64,000 bases of DNA from Chrysomallon squamiferum. Lineage: Eukaryota; Animalia; Mollusca. Made by a program: the position numbers and the translations under genes. Below, piece after piece: positions 52,002-64,000 of this stretch. Location: contig CM022678.1 in NCBI GenBank assembly GCA_012295275.1, positions 19,592,001 through 19,656,000 on the forward strand, written 5' to 3'. Numbering within the stretch: position 1 is the first letter of the stretch; each line of letters starts with the position of its first letter. The notes under the pieces were generated by a model. That model did not search any database, was not told the origin of the DNA, and worked only from the letters and a program-made list of their open reading frames with translations.

Positions 52002-54389
52002 GCTCACACACACATAAACATGTACATACATACATTCAAACATACATACATATTCCAAGTACATCATCTTAATCAGATTACATTTAGTCTTTAAACATAC
52101 TGTTCACTGTCATTATTCAAACTTAATGGTTTTCTAGAAATATTCTTTTTATTTATTTATTATTATTTTTTATTTTTATTTTTAGATTTAAAGAAATAAA
52201 AACACACACACATATACATAAGATAGTAGAATATATCTGTGTCTGAATGTGTGTTGTTCTTGTTATTTTCTGCACACATTATTTGAACACATGGACAAAT
52301 TTCTTTTTAAAAATTAATTTTTTAAATGTATGATAGAAGAAATTTTATTTCACAAAAACAGAATATGTATAAAATATAGAGACACATGTCTGAATTGTAA
52401 AACTATAGAATATATATTAAATGTAAAAATCATAAAATTTGTATTAAATGTAAAAACCATAAATTTTATGAGAAGAAAAAAACACTTAACAGTTATAAAA
52501 TGCAAAGAGAAACAAACAATATGTATACAATATAAAAACAAATACACACACACTCACACACATAGTGACACACACAAACACAGTGACACAAACACACACA
52601 GTGACACACACAAACACATACACAGTGACACAAACACACATACACAGAAGGAATGCTGATATAAAAAAAATCTAAGGCAATCATTTGAAAAGAATGTAAA
52701 GTACAGCAGTGAAATAACAAAAAATCAGTAATGACATTTACAGTCCACAAAATAACTGCAAAATAAAACATTTCGAGTAAACATTTTTTTTTTTTTTTTT
52801 TTTTTTTGTTCCCTTCTGCTCAGTGATGCAGATCAACACAACCAACATAGGGGCGAAGTAAGTAAACAGATTTTTTTTTTTTTTTTTTTTTTTTTAAATT
52901 CACGACCAGCTTTTCAAATTGAATGAACCTGACACTGCAGCATTCACTGAAAGATTAAAAAAAAAAAAAAAAATAAATATATATATATATATGTAAAAAA
53001 ATTCCTGTGCAGTGTGGACAAGGAATTGAAAACAAACTCTGTTCTCACACGGGGGGGGGGGAGAGAGCCCATGGTCGGCGAAGCGTGACTCAAGCAGGAG
53101 ACCCCGAATGCATAATGAGCTAGAAAAATGTTTTTCAAACGGTGACGAGCAGAGCGTAACAACATGTCACATGTAGCAATAGTAGTAGCAGATAAGCAGT
53201 AGTAGTAGGAGTAGTAGTAGTGATAGCTAGGTGCGCGACTACCACTGCTGCAGCTACAACATGAGTAACAGCCGCGGTTAGTGAAGACAGCAGATACAGC
53301 GTCCATCGTCACACACACACCCCGGGGGGGGCTTGCCCTCCACTGAGGCACGATGGTCATGTGATGCGAGCGAGATAAACACTTCTTTACAAAACGTGGA
53401 GGTGGTGGGGGGGTCGTTGGTCACTGACTGGACTGGACTGGACTGGACTGGACGGGTGTGTGGTAAGGTTATGTGAACAGGTTCTGCAGTGACTGACTGT
53501 TAAAACATTCCTCAACACAACAAACACAACCAACAGTTTCACCTCTAACAGTCCACACACACACACACACACACACACCCACACACACACACACACACAC
53601 ACACCTCAAATAAGTTAAATACAGAGCACAGTAATCTACACACTGATTTACTTGAAATAATTTACTTAAAGAACCTGTATAATTTAAATATAGGACAGAA
53701 TAATATACACACTGAAATAATCTACACACACACAACTCAAATAACTTAAATACAGAAAATAATCTACACTCATTTGAAACAATCTACATACAGGACCTGC
53801 ATAATTTAATTACAGAACAAAATAATCTACACAGCAAATTCAAACAATCAATAAACAGAACTCAAATAATTTAAATACAGAACCCAGTGTTGATGATAAT
53901 AAAAATATAAAACTATAACTTAATATTGTCAACTTCATTAATTAAAATAATATTAACAGAACAAAACAGTCTACACACTGATTTGAAACGTCACAGGACT
54001 AACAGTTGCATGACATTTAAATATAGAACAAAATATACTTTTAACCCACAATTCAAATAATCAATACCACTGAACTCGTCTAATTTAAATAAAGAACAAA
54101 ATAATCTACATTTAAATAATGATCAACACTCAATTCAGACAGTCTACACACAGAACTTATCTAATCTACATATGGGATTCAATATTACAATAATCTATAT
54201 CCAGAAGGAAACTGAAAATAAACAAATAATAAAAGTAATTTATAATCAACAAACAGCAGCTGTAAAACAATAAATTATAACAGAACTTAAACATGACACA
54301 CAACACATCCATGGTATACATAGAGTCGTGAGTTCAAATCCTAACAAGTCTGTATACAAACTACAACACTCAAGTTAAGACATTTTATG

Positions 54390-54430
<41 letters not shown>

Positions 54431-55366
54431 GAGTCGCTGGTTCAAATCTCAACAAGTCTGTAAACAAGCAACATTCGAGTTCTGTATTTAAGTTATTCGA
54501 GGTCTGTGTGTGTAGATTATGACACACAACACAGCTATGACACACACACACACACACACACACACAGTCAGCAGTTGAAATCTCAACAAGTCTGTGTATA
54601 CAAAATCCCTCCACTTTAATGACAAGATATTTATAGCACAGCAGATTAACAACATCCTGCTAATGTATGATCCCAGTGCAAAAAATCAAACATGTCTGCA
54701 CTTGTCTACATTTTTTTTTTTATTTTTATTTTTTTCTCAGACCAAGCTCGACCAGTCACCCACCGCTAACAATCAGCTAGTTTGGGTGGAGGAAGGAGGG
54801 GTGGGGGGGATGTCAGGATGGCCAAGACGTCCACCACATCAAAGACATTTATTGACCGTTGTTTTTTTTTGTTTTTTTTCTTTGTTTCTTTCTTCTTCAC
54901 ATAATTGACAGAGATCAGCAGCGAATTGTGATGCAAAACAGCATCAATGTATTGATGATTATTATTTCTTTTTCTTTTTCCTTTTTCCCCTCCTCATCAA
55001 AACAATTAACCTGCCTGCTTTTCTCTGTCAGGATCACAACTTCTAATCAATAATCTCAGTCGATTTGAAACAATCAACAACCTGTTTACGTCTGCATTCT
55101 CTTGTTTTTAAAAAAAAATCAAAAAATCTTTACAATGTTTGGAATCGTTGCCAGTGAGAGTTAAAAACCAGAAAGCTGCACAGTAACAATCAACTGTTTT
55201 ACTGGCGCAAGACTCTGCTTAGCTTCCTGAACAAGATGGACAATGAACAACTTGTTTACAATACAGTGCTTTTAAAATCTTCACAATACGCTTGGATTCA
55301 GTAATCATACTTAAAACTGAAATGCATTTATTTATTAATTTATTCATTGTTATCATCATTAATTAA

Positions 55367-55411
<45 letters not shown>

Positions 55412-57103
55412 TTTGTTTCTGTATATGCTTCCTATCCTATCTTATTAATAAAAAGTTTTATCTGAATTTGATTTTTTTTACTTTATTTTATTTATTTATT
55501 CATTTATTTATTTATTGAGCTGTCCAGTCTTAAACAAAAATAAAGTATAACAACGACAAAAAAATAAAAAATACAGTTTAAAATGTATCTGGGAGTGACT
55601 GTTTTCTTAACAAGTTCTGACATCATCACATAAATGTATTTCCTCAAAAGTGTCTTCTAGTGTCATCAGAAAACTACAGCTATTGATTGGTCCATCATGT
55701 TGTATGTATTGACATCACAATTCAAGTACTGATGGGGTAAAACAGTGCCAACAGTGCCTGGTAAAACAGTGCCCTTGAAATGTTTTGTAATTTGTTTTTA
55801 TTTTACTATCATTTTGTAAGGAGATGTGACATGTCAATGAAAAACAATAAAATAGTAACTGAGAAATATAAAGAATTTCTATTGGGTCATTAGTTTCTGA
55901 CAGCCTGGGTACATTTTAAAACTATTCTAACAGACGACACTGGAATTAAAATATTCATAAACTGATTAGATGTAAGCAGCCTCAGTAATTTTGATGTGCA
56001 CATATATAATTAGAATAAACTATATTTCAGTAAGTTATGTTGTAATTCTGTATATTGTTTATTTATTTGGTTTTTTTATTATTATTTTACCTTCTTATTT
56101 TTATGCCTTTCTTTGTCTTTAAGAATTCTGCACTATTTCTACTACAGCAGAAACCAATCAATAGTTAAAACATTTCTATACTAGCTAACACACACACTGG
56201 TTATATATAGTTACATTTCCAATACTGCACTACATTCAAGTTGAAGCCCACGTTTACAAATAACTGTTTCTAGTACATATAGTCCTTAAATCAGTTAGGG
56301 GGGGTTGGGGAGGGTGTCTTCCTACTACAACTTCATTCTACTAGAGGTAAAAATAAGTAAGCTATTGTCTTTCTTCAACATCTGCTCCATTATTCTACTG
56401 CTCTCATAGACCTGCATCAATGAAATGAAATCGGTGTGTGTGTTGTTTACGAGGTATAAAACTAACACTATGAGCCGAGTAGTGGCAATGTTACATGTGG
56501 GGTTAGGAGAGATAGATGATGATGATGACGATGATGGCTACTGGCCAAGTTTGTTGATCTACTTTTTAAAGTGCAGCACAGCAAGGTGAAACAGGTTTCA
56601 CAAACAGCAGCAGCAGCAGCAGCATCATCAGTGTTATCTCACCACGTCCAATAAATCAATATCACAGCATCTACGTCAGATGTTTCCCCGTATGGTTTTA
56701 ATACACACGAAAAAAACAAACACAGATGATACGTTTTTAGTTAAATTTTAGAAAAAAAAACAAATACCGATATGTTTTTTAGTTAAATTTAGAAAAAAAA
56801 AACAAATACTGATACGTTTTTAGTTAAAGTTAGAAAAAAATAACAAATACTGATACGTTTTTAGTTATATTTGTGTCCTGAAAGAAGTTAAAGTATAAAA
56901 TGTTTATAGAAAAAAAAGTTGTAAGGTAAGAGTTTGCATTGTTTCCTGTCTGTTTTTTTTAACTAGAATTAATGAATAATTGTTTTCTTTAATTAATTTC
57001 TTTTATTACTACTACTACTACTACCATTATTATTCTTTTTGTTTTGTTTTTTATATCTAGAACTAGTGTTTAATTGTTTCTTTAATTCATTTATTATTAT
57101 TAT

Positions 57104-57162
<59 letters not shown>

Positions 57163-57323
57163 CTATTGCTAGTATTACTAGTACTATCATTATTATTCTT
57201 GTTGTTTTGTGCCTTTGGGTTTTCAAATGATAAAATGTTAAACAATTCTAAACAGTTATATAATGCAGAAGTTATTTAATAGTTTGTCACACTTTTACTT
57301 GTCCATCTTTGTTTTCTTTCCTT

Positions 57324-57388
<65 letters not shown>

Positions 57389-57591
57389 TTATTTCTTCTT
57401 TCTCTCTCTACTTAACTTTGAAACTGTCTCACTTTTAAAACAATTATGATGATGAAATAAATGTATGTGGTAGTGATAATGCTTCTTAAGCTGAGAGCAG
57501 AGAACCAAACAGTATAAACTTCTAAATGACTAATAATTAAACACACTATAAATAATTCTGAAGTAATCACATTAACAGGTGTGCATATGTG

Positions 57592-57651
<60 letters not shown>

Positions 57652-57769
57652 ATCAATTCTGGACAAAGTATTTTCAATATAACCTACACAGAAGTATTTC
57701 AAATCCTTTCTGACACAACAGAAAAAATGAACAAACAATTTTTTTTTTTTAAACTATATAACAGTATTA

Positions 57770-57804
<35 letters not shown>

Positions 57805-58144
57805 AATAAATAAGTCCTAAAATATTCTATTTTATAATTAAATAAAAAAAAAGGAGAAAAAAAAACTTCTAAAGGATCATTCTGGAATAAATATTTTCAA
57901 AGACACCAACAAACACTGTAATTGTAAACAACTAACAACAGCAGCTAAATGAACAAACTGTTAAACATTCTGAATGAAAAGAAATCTCTCTGCAGTGAGT
58001 ATTTTCACTGAAAACCGATGTGCGAGATAAGTTAAAGTGTTTAAAAGCTATTACACAGTCAGGTGACAACTGAAAGGTGTTACGTGGCAAGGAATGTCAG
58101 TGACATCACAACAACTCACTGTCAACTGTAACAGTCGGTGAGGT

Positions 58145-59100
58145 ATGTCAATACTTAGACACCTAACTATAAGATATATCAATACTTAGATATCTAGATA
58201 TAAAATATATCAAAACCTAGATATAAAATATATCAATAGTGAGATATCTGGTATAAAATATATCAATAGTGAGATATAAACTATATCAATAGTGAGATAT
58301 CTGGTATAAACTATATCAATAGTGAGATATCTGGTATAAAATATATCAATAGTCAGATATCTAGGTATAAAATATATCAATAGTCAGATATCTAGGTATA
58401 AAATATATCAATAGTGAGATATCTGGTATAAAATATATCAATAGTGAGATATCTGGTATAAAATATATCAATAGTGAGATATCTAGGTATAAAATATATC
58501 AATAGTGAGATATCTGGTATAAAATATATCAATAGTGAGATATCTAGGTATAAAATATATCAATAGTGAGATATCTGATATAAAATATATCAATGGTGAG
58601 ATATATAGGTATAAAATATATCAATAGTGAGATATCTGGTATAAAATATATCAATAGTGAGCAATCTAGATATAAAATATTGACAATAGTGAGATATCTA
58701 GATATAAAATATATCAATAGTGAGATATCTAGGTATAAAATATATCAATACTTAGACACCTAGATATAAAATATATCAATAGTGAGATATCTGATATAAA
58801 ATATATCAATAGTGAGCAATCTAGATATAAAATATTGACAATAGTGAGATATCTAGATATAAAATATATTATCAATAGTAAGATATCCTGATATAAAATA
58901 TATCAATAGTGAGATATCTAGATATAAAATATATCAATAAGATATCTAGATATAAAATACTGACAGCAGTGAGATACAGATCTAGATGCTAAATGCAACC
59001 AATACTAAGATATCTACTTATAAAATACTGCCAACAGTGAGATTATCTTATGTAAAATATTGACAACAGTGAAAAAAACTAGATATAAAATACTGCCAAT
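58145..59100. repeat. 30/31-bp minisatellite (tataaaatatatcaatagtgagatatctgg)
   Basis: Long tandem array, homogeneous in the centre and degenerate at the edges. Confidence 0.97.
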
Positions 59101-59778
59101 CTATATGTAAAATGCAGCCAAAGTCATATACCATTACTAACATACAATCGTAGTTTAAAACACCATTATTCCTACGCAACAGTAAACATTAATTGTAAGC
59201 AATTCTGCGACATATTTATGTTATAAAACATCATTACTAATTCAACAGCAGTAAAAACTGCAGTAATTATACAGTCAGTGAATAACGCTCACAGTGGCAG
59301 ACAACTGCGTACAAAACAATGACCGTAAAAAGAACATTAATTATACATTCAGTATGAAAAAAATAGAGCTAAATACGTCAAACAAAAGTAGTACGAAACT
59401 TGAATAACGACTACCGAAAACGTGACCGTATTTGAAAAAGAACTGAAACCTAGAACGTATTTCTACGTAATATCAACGAACGATTATATAAAAAGACACG
59501 TAAACTATTTGAATTGCTTAATTAAACATTCTTCATTGTCTGTTCCTGTTGTTGTTGTTGTTGTTTTTTTACCGACATAAAACTACAAAAACGTAAGAAC
59601 GCGTGACAAATCACGAATCACTGAAACGTTAAAAAGACGACACCAAACAACAGTTAGAAAAAGAAATTTCAAAAACATTCAGCCTGTAAATAATTAACAT
59701 ATTTTTTAAAACCGCCATGACAACCAGTTTTTTTTTTTTTTTTTTTTTTAAATTAAATTAAATTTAAATAATCCTTAC

Positions 59779-60010
59779 CTGACATCCATCAGGCATGGCC
59801 AGGCCACTCACTCGCCCGCAGTCCACCTCTCGTGTGGGTCGGACAGCGGGGGAGGGGTGGTACCAGGGTGGGTACCAAGTAAGCTAGCAGCAGCAGCAGC
59901 GTTGATGTTGATGATTATCTGTTCATGACTTTCCATTGCGTGCACTACAAAACAGGATAAAGATTTGTGACAACGGAGCGAAAATGCTGTGCCAATCGCG
60001 AAGTAGGACA
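59779..60010 (-). other. Probable 5' exon 2 of gene C (uORF-containing)
   Basis: Poly-T-AG acceptor at 60012-60011; CAG|GTAAGG donor at 59778 and alternative GA|GTGAGT donor at 59811; GC/CpG-rich. Linkage to gene C is inferred from strand and the absence of other recognisable genes. Confidence 0.5.
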
Positions 60011-60194
60011 CTAAAAAAAAAATACACAACGCAATTCAAAGCTCTTCTCTAACATTACAAAACAAAAAAAAAAAAAAAAATACACACTCGAGAAAAAAAA
60101 GAGAAAAAGAATAAGAAGTTGTCAGTACACTTCTGTCACAGCCACACTGACGTCTTCTACCACACTGTGACAACATCTACGTCGACGTACTCAC

Positions 60195-60600
60195 CCTCTG
60201 CCTCGTTAGGTGACTTATCTTGTAAAAATTCATGGTGTGCACATTAGAATGTGGTCGTAAACGATTGCCCTCGATCCCATGCAGCCTGCCAGTGCAGGCA
60301 ACTGTACACATTGGGCAAGTCCATTATCTGGAGCAAGGGGTGAAAGGTCAGATGCGTGACAATGGCGTGTTAATTAACGGAATGAATGTTTGTTGAGGTA
60401 CGACTCAGTGAACAGCAAGGTGGGGCCGAGCCGTCCGTCCCTTCGGTCGGCAAATAAACAGCAGTGGTCAGTGAAAACAATGCTGCCAGTGCAAGACCAG
60501 CGCTGGACAGCTGGATAGGAATTTGTGTTAGTAGGTCACGGAAGAACTTGTGCCTGATTGATGTCTGAGTGGGCAATGCGATGAGGAAATTCGGGAACAT
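60195..60600 (-). promoter_or_regulatory. Probable first exon and promoter of gene C
   Basis: GG|GTGAGT donor at 60194 opening a 184-nt T-rich intron; CpG-rich island 59.2-60.7 kb within CpG-poor flanks. Confidence 0.5.
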
Positions 60601-61647
60601 TTATTATTTTTTTTTTTTTTACATCACATTACTAAAAAATGTATTATTCAAAATTGCAGTAAACGATGACGTATTTGACGTTAATGACGTTAATAACTGT
60701 TAAGTTATACATTGTTAGTAAATGTTTGTAAAAATAAAACTGTTTCCCGTTTTCTTCTTCCCTTTTTTATTTTTTATTTTATTTTATTTTATTTATTTAT
60801 TTATTTATTTATTTATTTTATATCTATGTTATTCCTCTTCTTTTTTTTTTTTTTTTTTTTTTTTCTTTTTCCTTTTTAAAAATCTTCTTTTTTCTGTTTG
60901 TAATATTAAAAAGTTAAAATAATATAAAATGGTCCATCGTTTTAAAAAAAAAAAAAAAAAGAAAAACAAACAATATGTAATATTCCTGTAAAAAAGATTT
61001 TAAAATTAATTTTTTTATATACACCTTTCTATAATTATTATAATTACGTTTATTAATAATAATATAAACTTCTCTTCAGCATCAACATTTTTGTTGTTGT
61101 TGTTGTTAATTGTTGTTATAGTTATTATCTTTTTATAACTGTTTTCAAAATTTTCAAAAATGATTAATAATAAATTATGAATCATACACACCATTGTAAT
61201 ATAGTGTTAAGATTTTTGTACAACATATTATTATCATCATCATCATCATCATCATTATCATCATCACTGTTATAACCCAGTAAATACAAACTGAAGTTCA
61301 CTTCTATTTTGGACAACTTTTTATTTTTATTTTTTATAATTTTCAAAAAATTATTATTAATATAAAACAATCATTATTATACTTTTTTAAAAAAAAAAAA
61401 AAATAAAGGTTTAAAAAATCTATTTGTTCAGTAGCAGCAGCTGGTTGAAGGTGACATAAAAACAGCTGTTGTGGCTGATGAAGATAACACAGTATATCTT
61501 GTCATCAGACATATGTAGCATGCAAAACAAACATATTAAATTCTTATCTGCTGTATTTTCTACACCACTGATGTTGGGATATTAATTTTTATTTTATTTC
61601 ATTTTATTTTATTTTATTTCAGTTCAGTTATTTTAGTTTAATTTAGT

Positions 61648-61708
<61 letters not shown>

Positions 61709-62299
61709 TTGTCACAACATGGTAGACATCAATGTGGTTGTGACAGCAGATACATTGTCAAGTTTATTTATTTATTTTATTTTTTGTATTTCATTAATTT
61801 TGGATTTTAAACAGTAAAAACACAGATATAGTGTCATTTTTTTTTTTTTTTTTCAATTTAAAAAAAGAAATAATGAAAAAGATGAAAAAAAAAAAAAAGA
61901 TTAAATTTGGATTAATTTTATATAGGCCTAAATATTAAATTTATTTTGTATCATCATTGATTTCTAACTTGTTGATATCATATTTTAGTTTCTTTAAATA
62001 TTCATTTGTTTCAGACTTCAATAAAAAAATCTTTCCCCCAATTTAAAAAGGAAGATGAATTTTCCTGGTTTTTCATAATTTTTTTGTCTTTTCTATTTTT
62101 TTTTTTTTTTTTTTATCTTTATCAGTTGACAGCTGGCAGAAGTAATAATATATCTATAAATTGCAATGTAAAATATTTTTAAAAATTAAAAATTATTTGT
62201 AAAAAATCATGTTTAATTACACATATAATTATGTTAGATAAAGTTATAATAAAATAAATCCATCTCTAAACGATTTATATTGTCAAATATATTTAAACA

Positions 62300-62470
62300 G
62301 GTAATTTTATTTTATTTTATTTTATTTTATTTTATTTTATTTTATTTTTCATTTCATTTCATTTATTTATTTATTTATTTATTTATTTATTTTATATATA
62401 TATTTTTTATATTTATTTTATTTTTTTATTTTTATTTATACTTTATTATTTTTATTATTATTATTACTAC

Positions 62471-62515
<45 letters not shown>

Positions 62516-62690
62516 AATTTATTATTTTATTATTATTATTATCATCATCATTATTATTATTAATATTATTATTATCATTATTATTATTATTATTATTATT
62601 ACTATTATTATTTTAATATTATTATTATTATTATTATTATTATATTATTATTATTATTATCATCATCATTATCATTATCATTATTATTTA
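62300..62690. repeat. (ATTTT)n/(ATT)n microsatellite
   Basis: Direct. Confidence 0.95.
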
Positions 62691-62934
62691 TTTCACCCAC
62701 TTTAAGTCTGATTCTATTTCACATTAAGAGCTACTGACCGCTGTACAGTTATTACTAAACCACTGACTGACCACACACTGACCATTCAGTGACCATCAAC
62801 TACAGATTAATGACTGCCCAGCCATTGACCACTGTACTACTGATAAGTAAACCACTGAGTGGCCAACTATGACCATTCACACTGACCATCACTGCTAGTG
62901 ATTAGTAAGTACTTGACCACTCTCACAAATCTAC

Positions 62935-63750
62935 AGTCTACAACTATGTACTATAACTACATACTGTACAACAATGTACTGTATAAATATACACTGTACA
63001 ACTGTGTACTGTACAAATATACACTGTACAACTGTGTACTGTACAAATATACACTCTACAACTATGTACTGGATAACTATACACTGTACAACTGTGTACT
63101 GTACAAATATACACTGTACAACTGTGTACTGTACAACAATGTACTGTACAAATATACACAGTACAACCATGTATTGTACAAATATACACAGTACAACCAT
63201 GTATTGTACAAATATACACTGTACAACCATGTACTGTACAAATATACACAGTACAACTAGGTACTGTAACCATGTATTGTACAAATATACACTGTACAAC
63301 CATGTACTGTACAAATATACACTGTACAACCATGTATTGTACAAATATACACTGTACAACGATGTACTGCACAAATATACACTGTACAACCATGTACTGT
63401 ACAAATATACACAGTACAACCATGTATTGTACAAATATACACTGTACAACTATGTACTGTACAAATATACACAGTACAACCATGTATTGTACAAATATAC
63501 ACTGTACAACCATGTACTGTACAAATATACACTGTACAACGATGTACTGTACAAATATACACTGTACAACCATGTACTGTACAAATATACAGTGTACAAC
63601 CATGTATTGTACAAATAAACACTGTACAACGATGTACTGTACAAATAAACACTGTACAACGATGTAATGTACATGTACTGTGATAAATATACACTGTACA
63701 AGAACGTACTGTACAAACATACACTGCACAGTCGTGTACTGCACAGTCGT
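62935..63750. repeat. 30-bp minisatellite (gtactgtacaaatatacactgtacaaccat)
   Basis: Long tandem array; source of several spurious repetitive ORFs. Confidence 0.97.
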
Positions 63751-64000
63751 ACACACACCGCTATGCACAACAATCAGCAGTCACAAGCTGGCGAGTATGT
63801 CACTGCTGACCAATGACCTTTCACTGCGCGCGCGGTCACTGACCACTCCCGCTTTTCCAAGTGGACGCACCCATCTGATTTAACATTCAACGCGAGCTGC
63901 TTGTGACACTGTGCATAACACCCCCCCCTCTCTCTCGCTGACTGAGCTGGCCCACCCACACACACACACACACACACTCACACAGGTCTGTCCTGTACTG

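Noticed and set aside
58145-59100. CRISPR-like appearance of the ~30-bp arrays
   Set aside because: Head-to-tail repeats without unique spacers, no cas genes, eukaryotic context.
62898-63773. Long ORFs of 107-274 aa in several frames
   Set aside because: Translations of a stop-poor 30-bp minisatellite, open on both strands.

Overview
AT-rich, microsatellite- and minisatellite-dense eukaryotic DNA with GT-AG introns; most consistent with an invertebrate animal, probably a mollusc (inference). No prokaryotic features. Three minus-strand protein-coding genes are supported. (A) A multi-exon, signal-peptide-bearing, cysteine-rich protein with an internal two-domain repeat (exons 3616-3583, 1873-1729, 1429-1383, 1127-1056, 518-395/313), mostly missed by the ORF track. 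(B) A 579-aa protein encoded by a single coding exon, with a C-terminal coiled coil (11567-9828). (C) A ~963-aa protein with ten zinc fingers and a Hunchback/Ikaros-type C-terminal finger pair (30713-27822). Its frame is broken by two compensating 1-nt indels, one at an antizyme-like CCC-UGA-U site. Its probable 5' exons lie ~29 kb upstream (59.8-60.6 kb). The most notable signal: the predicted transcript of gene C carries seed sites for all three let-7-complex miRNAs (let-7, miR-125/lin-4, miR-100), suggesting a heterochronic-type target. All three occur in the CDS and putative long 3'UTR, and let-7 sites also cluster in the 5'UTR. A possible plus-strand spliced transcript starts near 19 kb. 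All gene models were built by eye and need RNA evidence.
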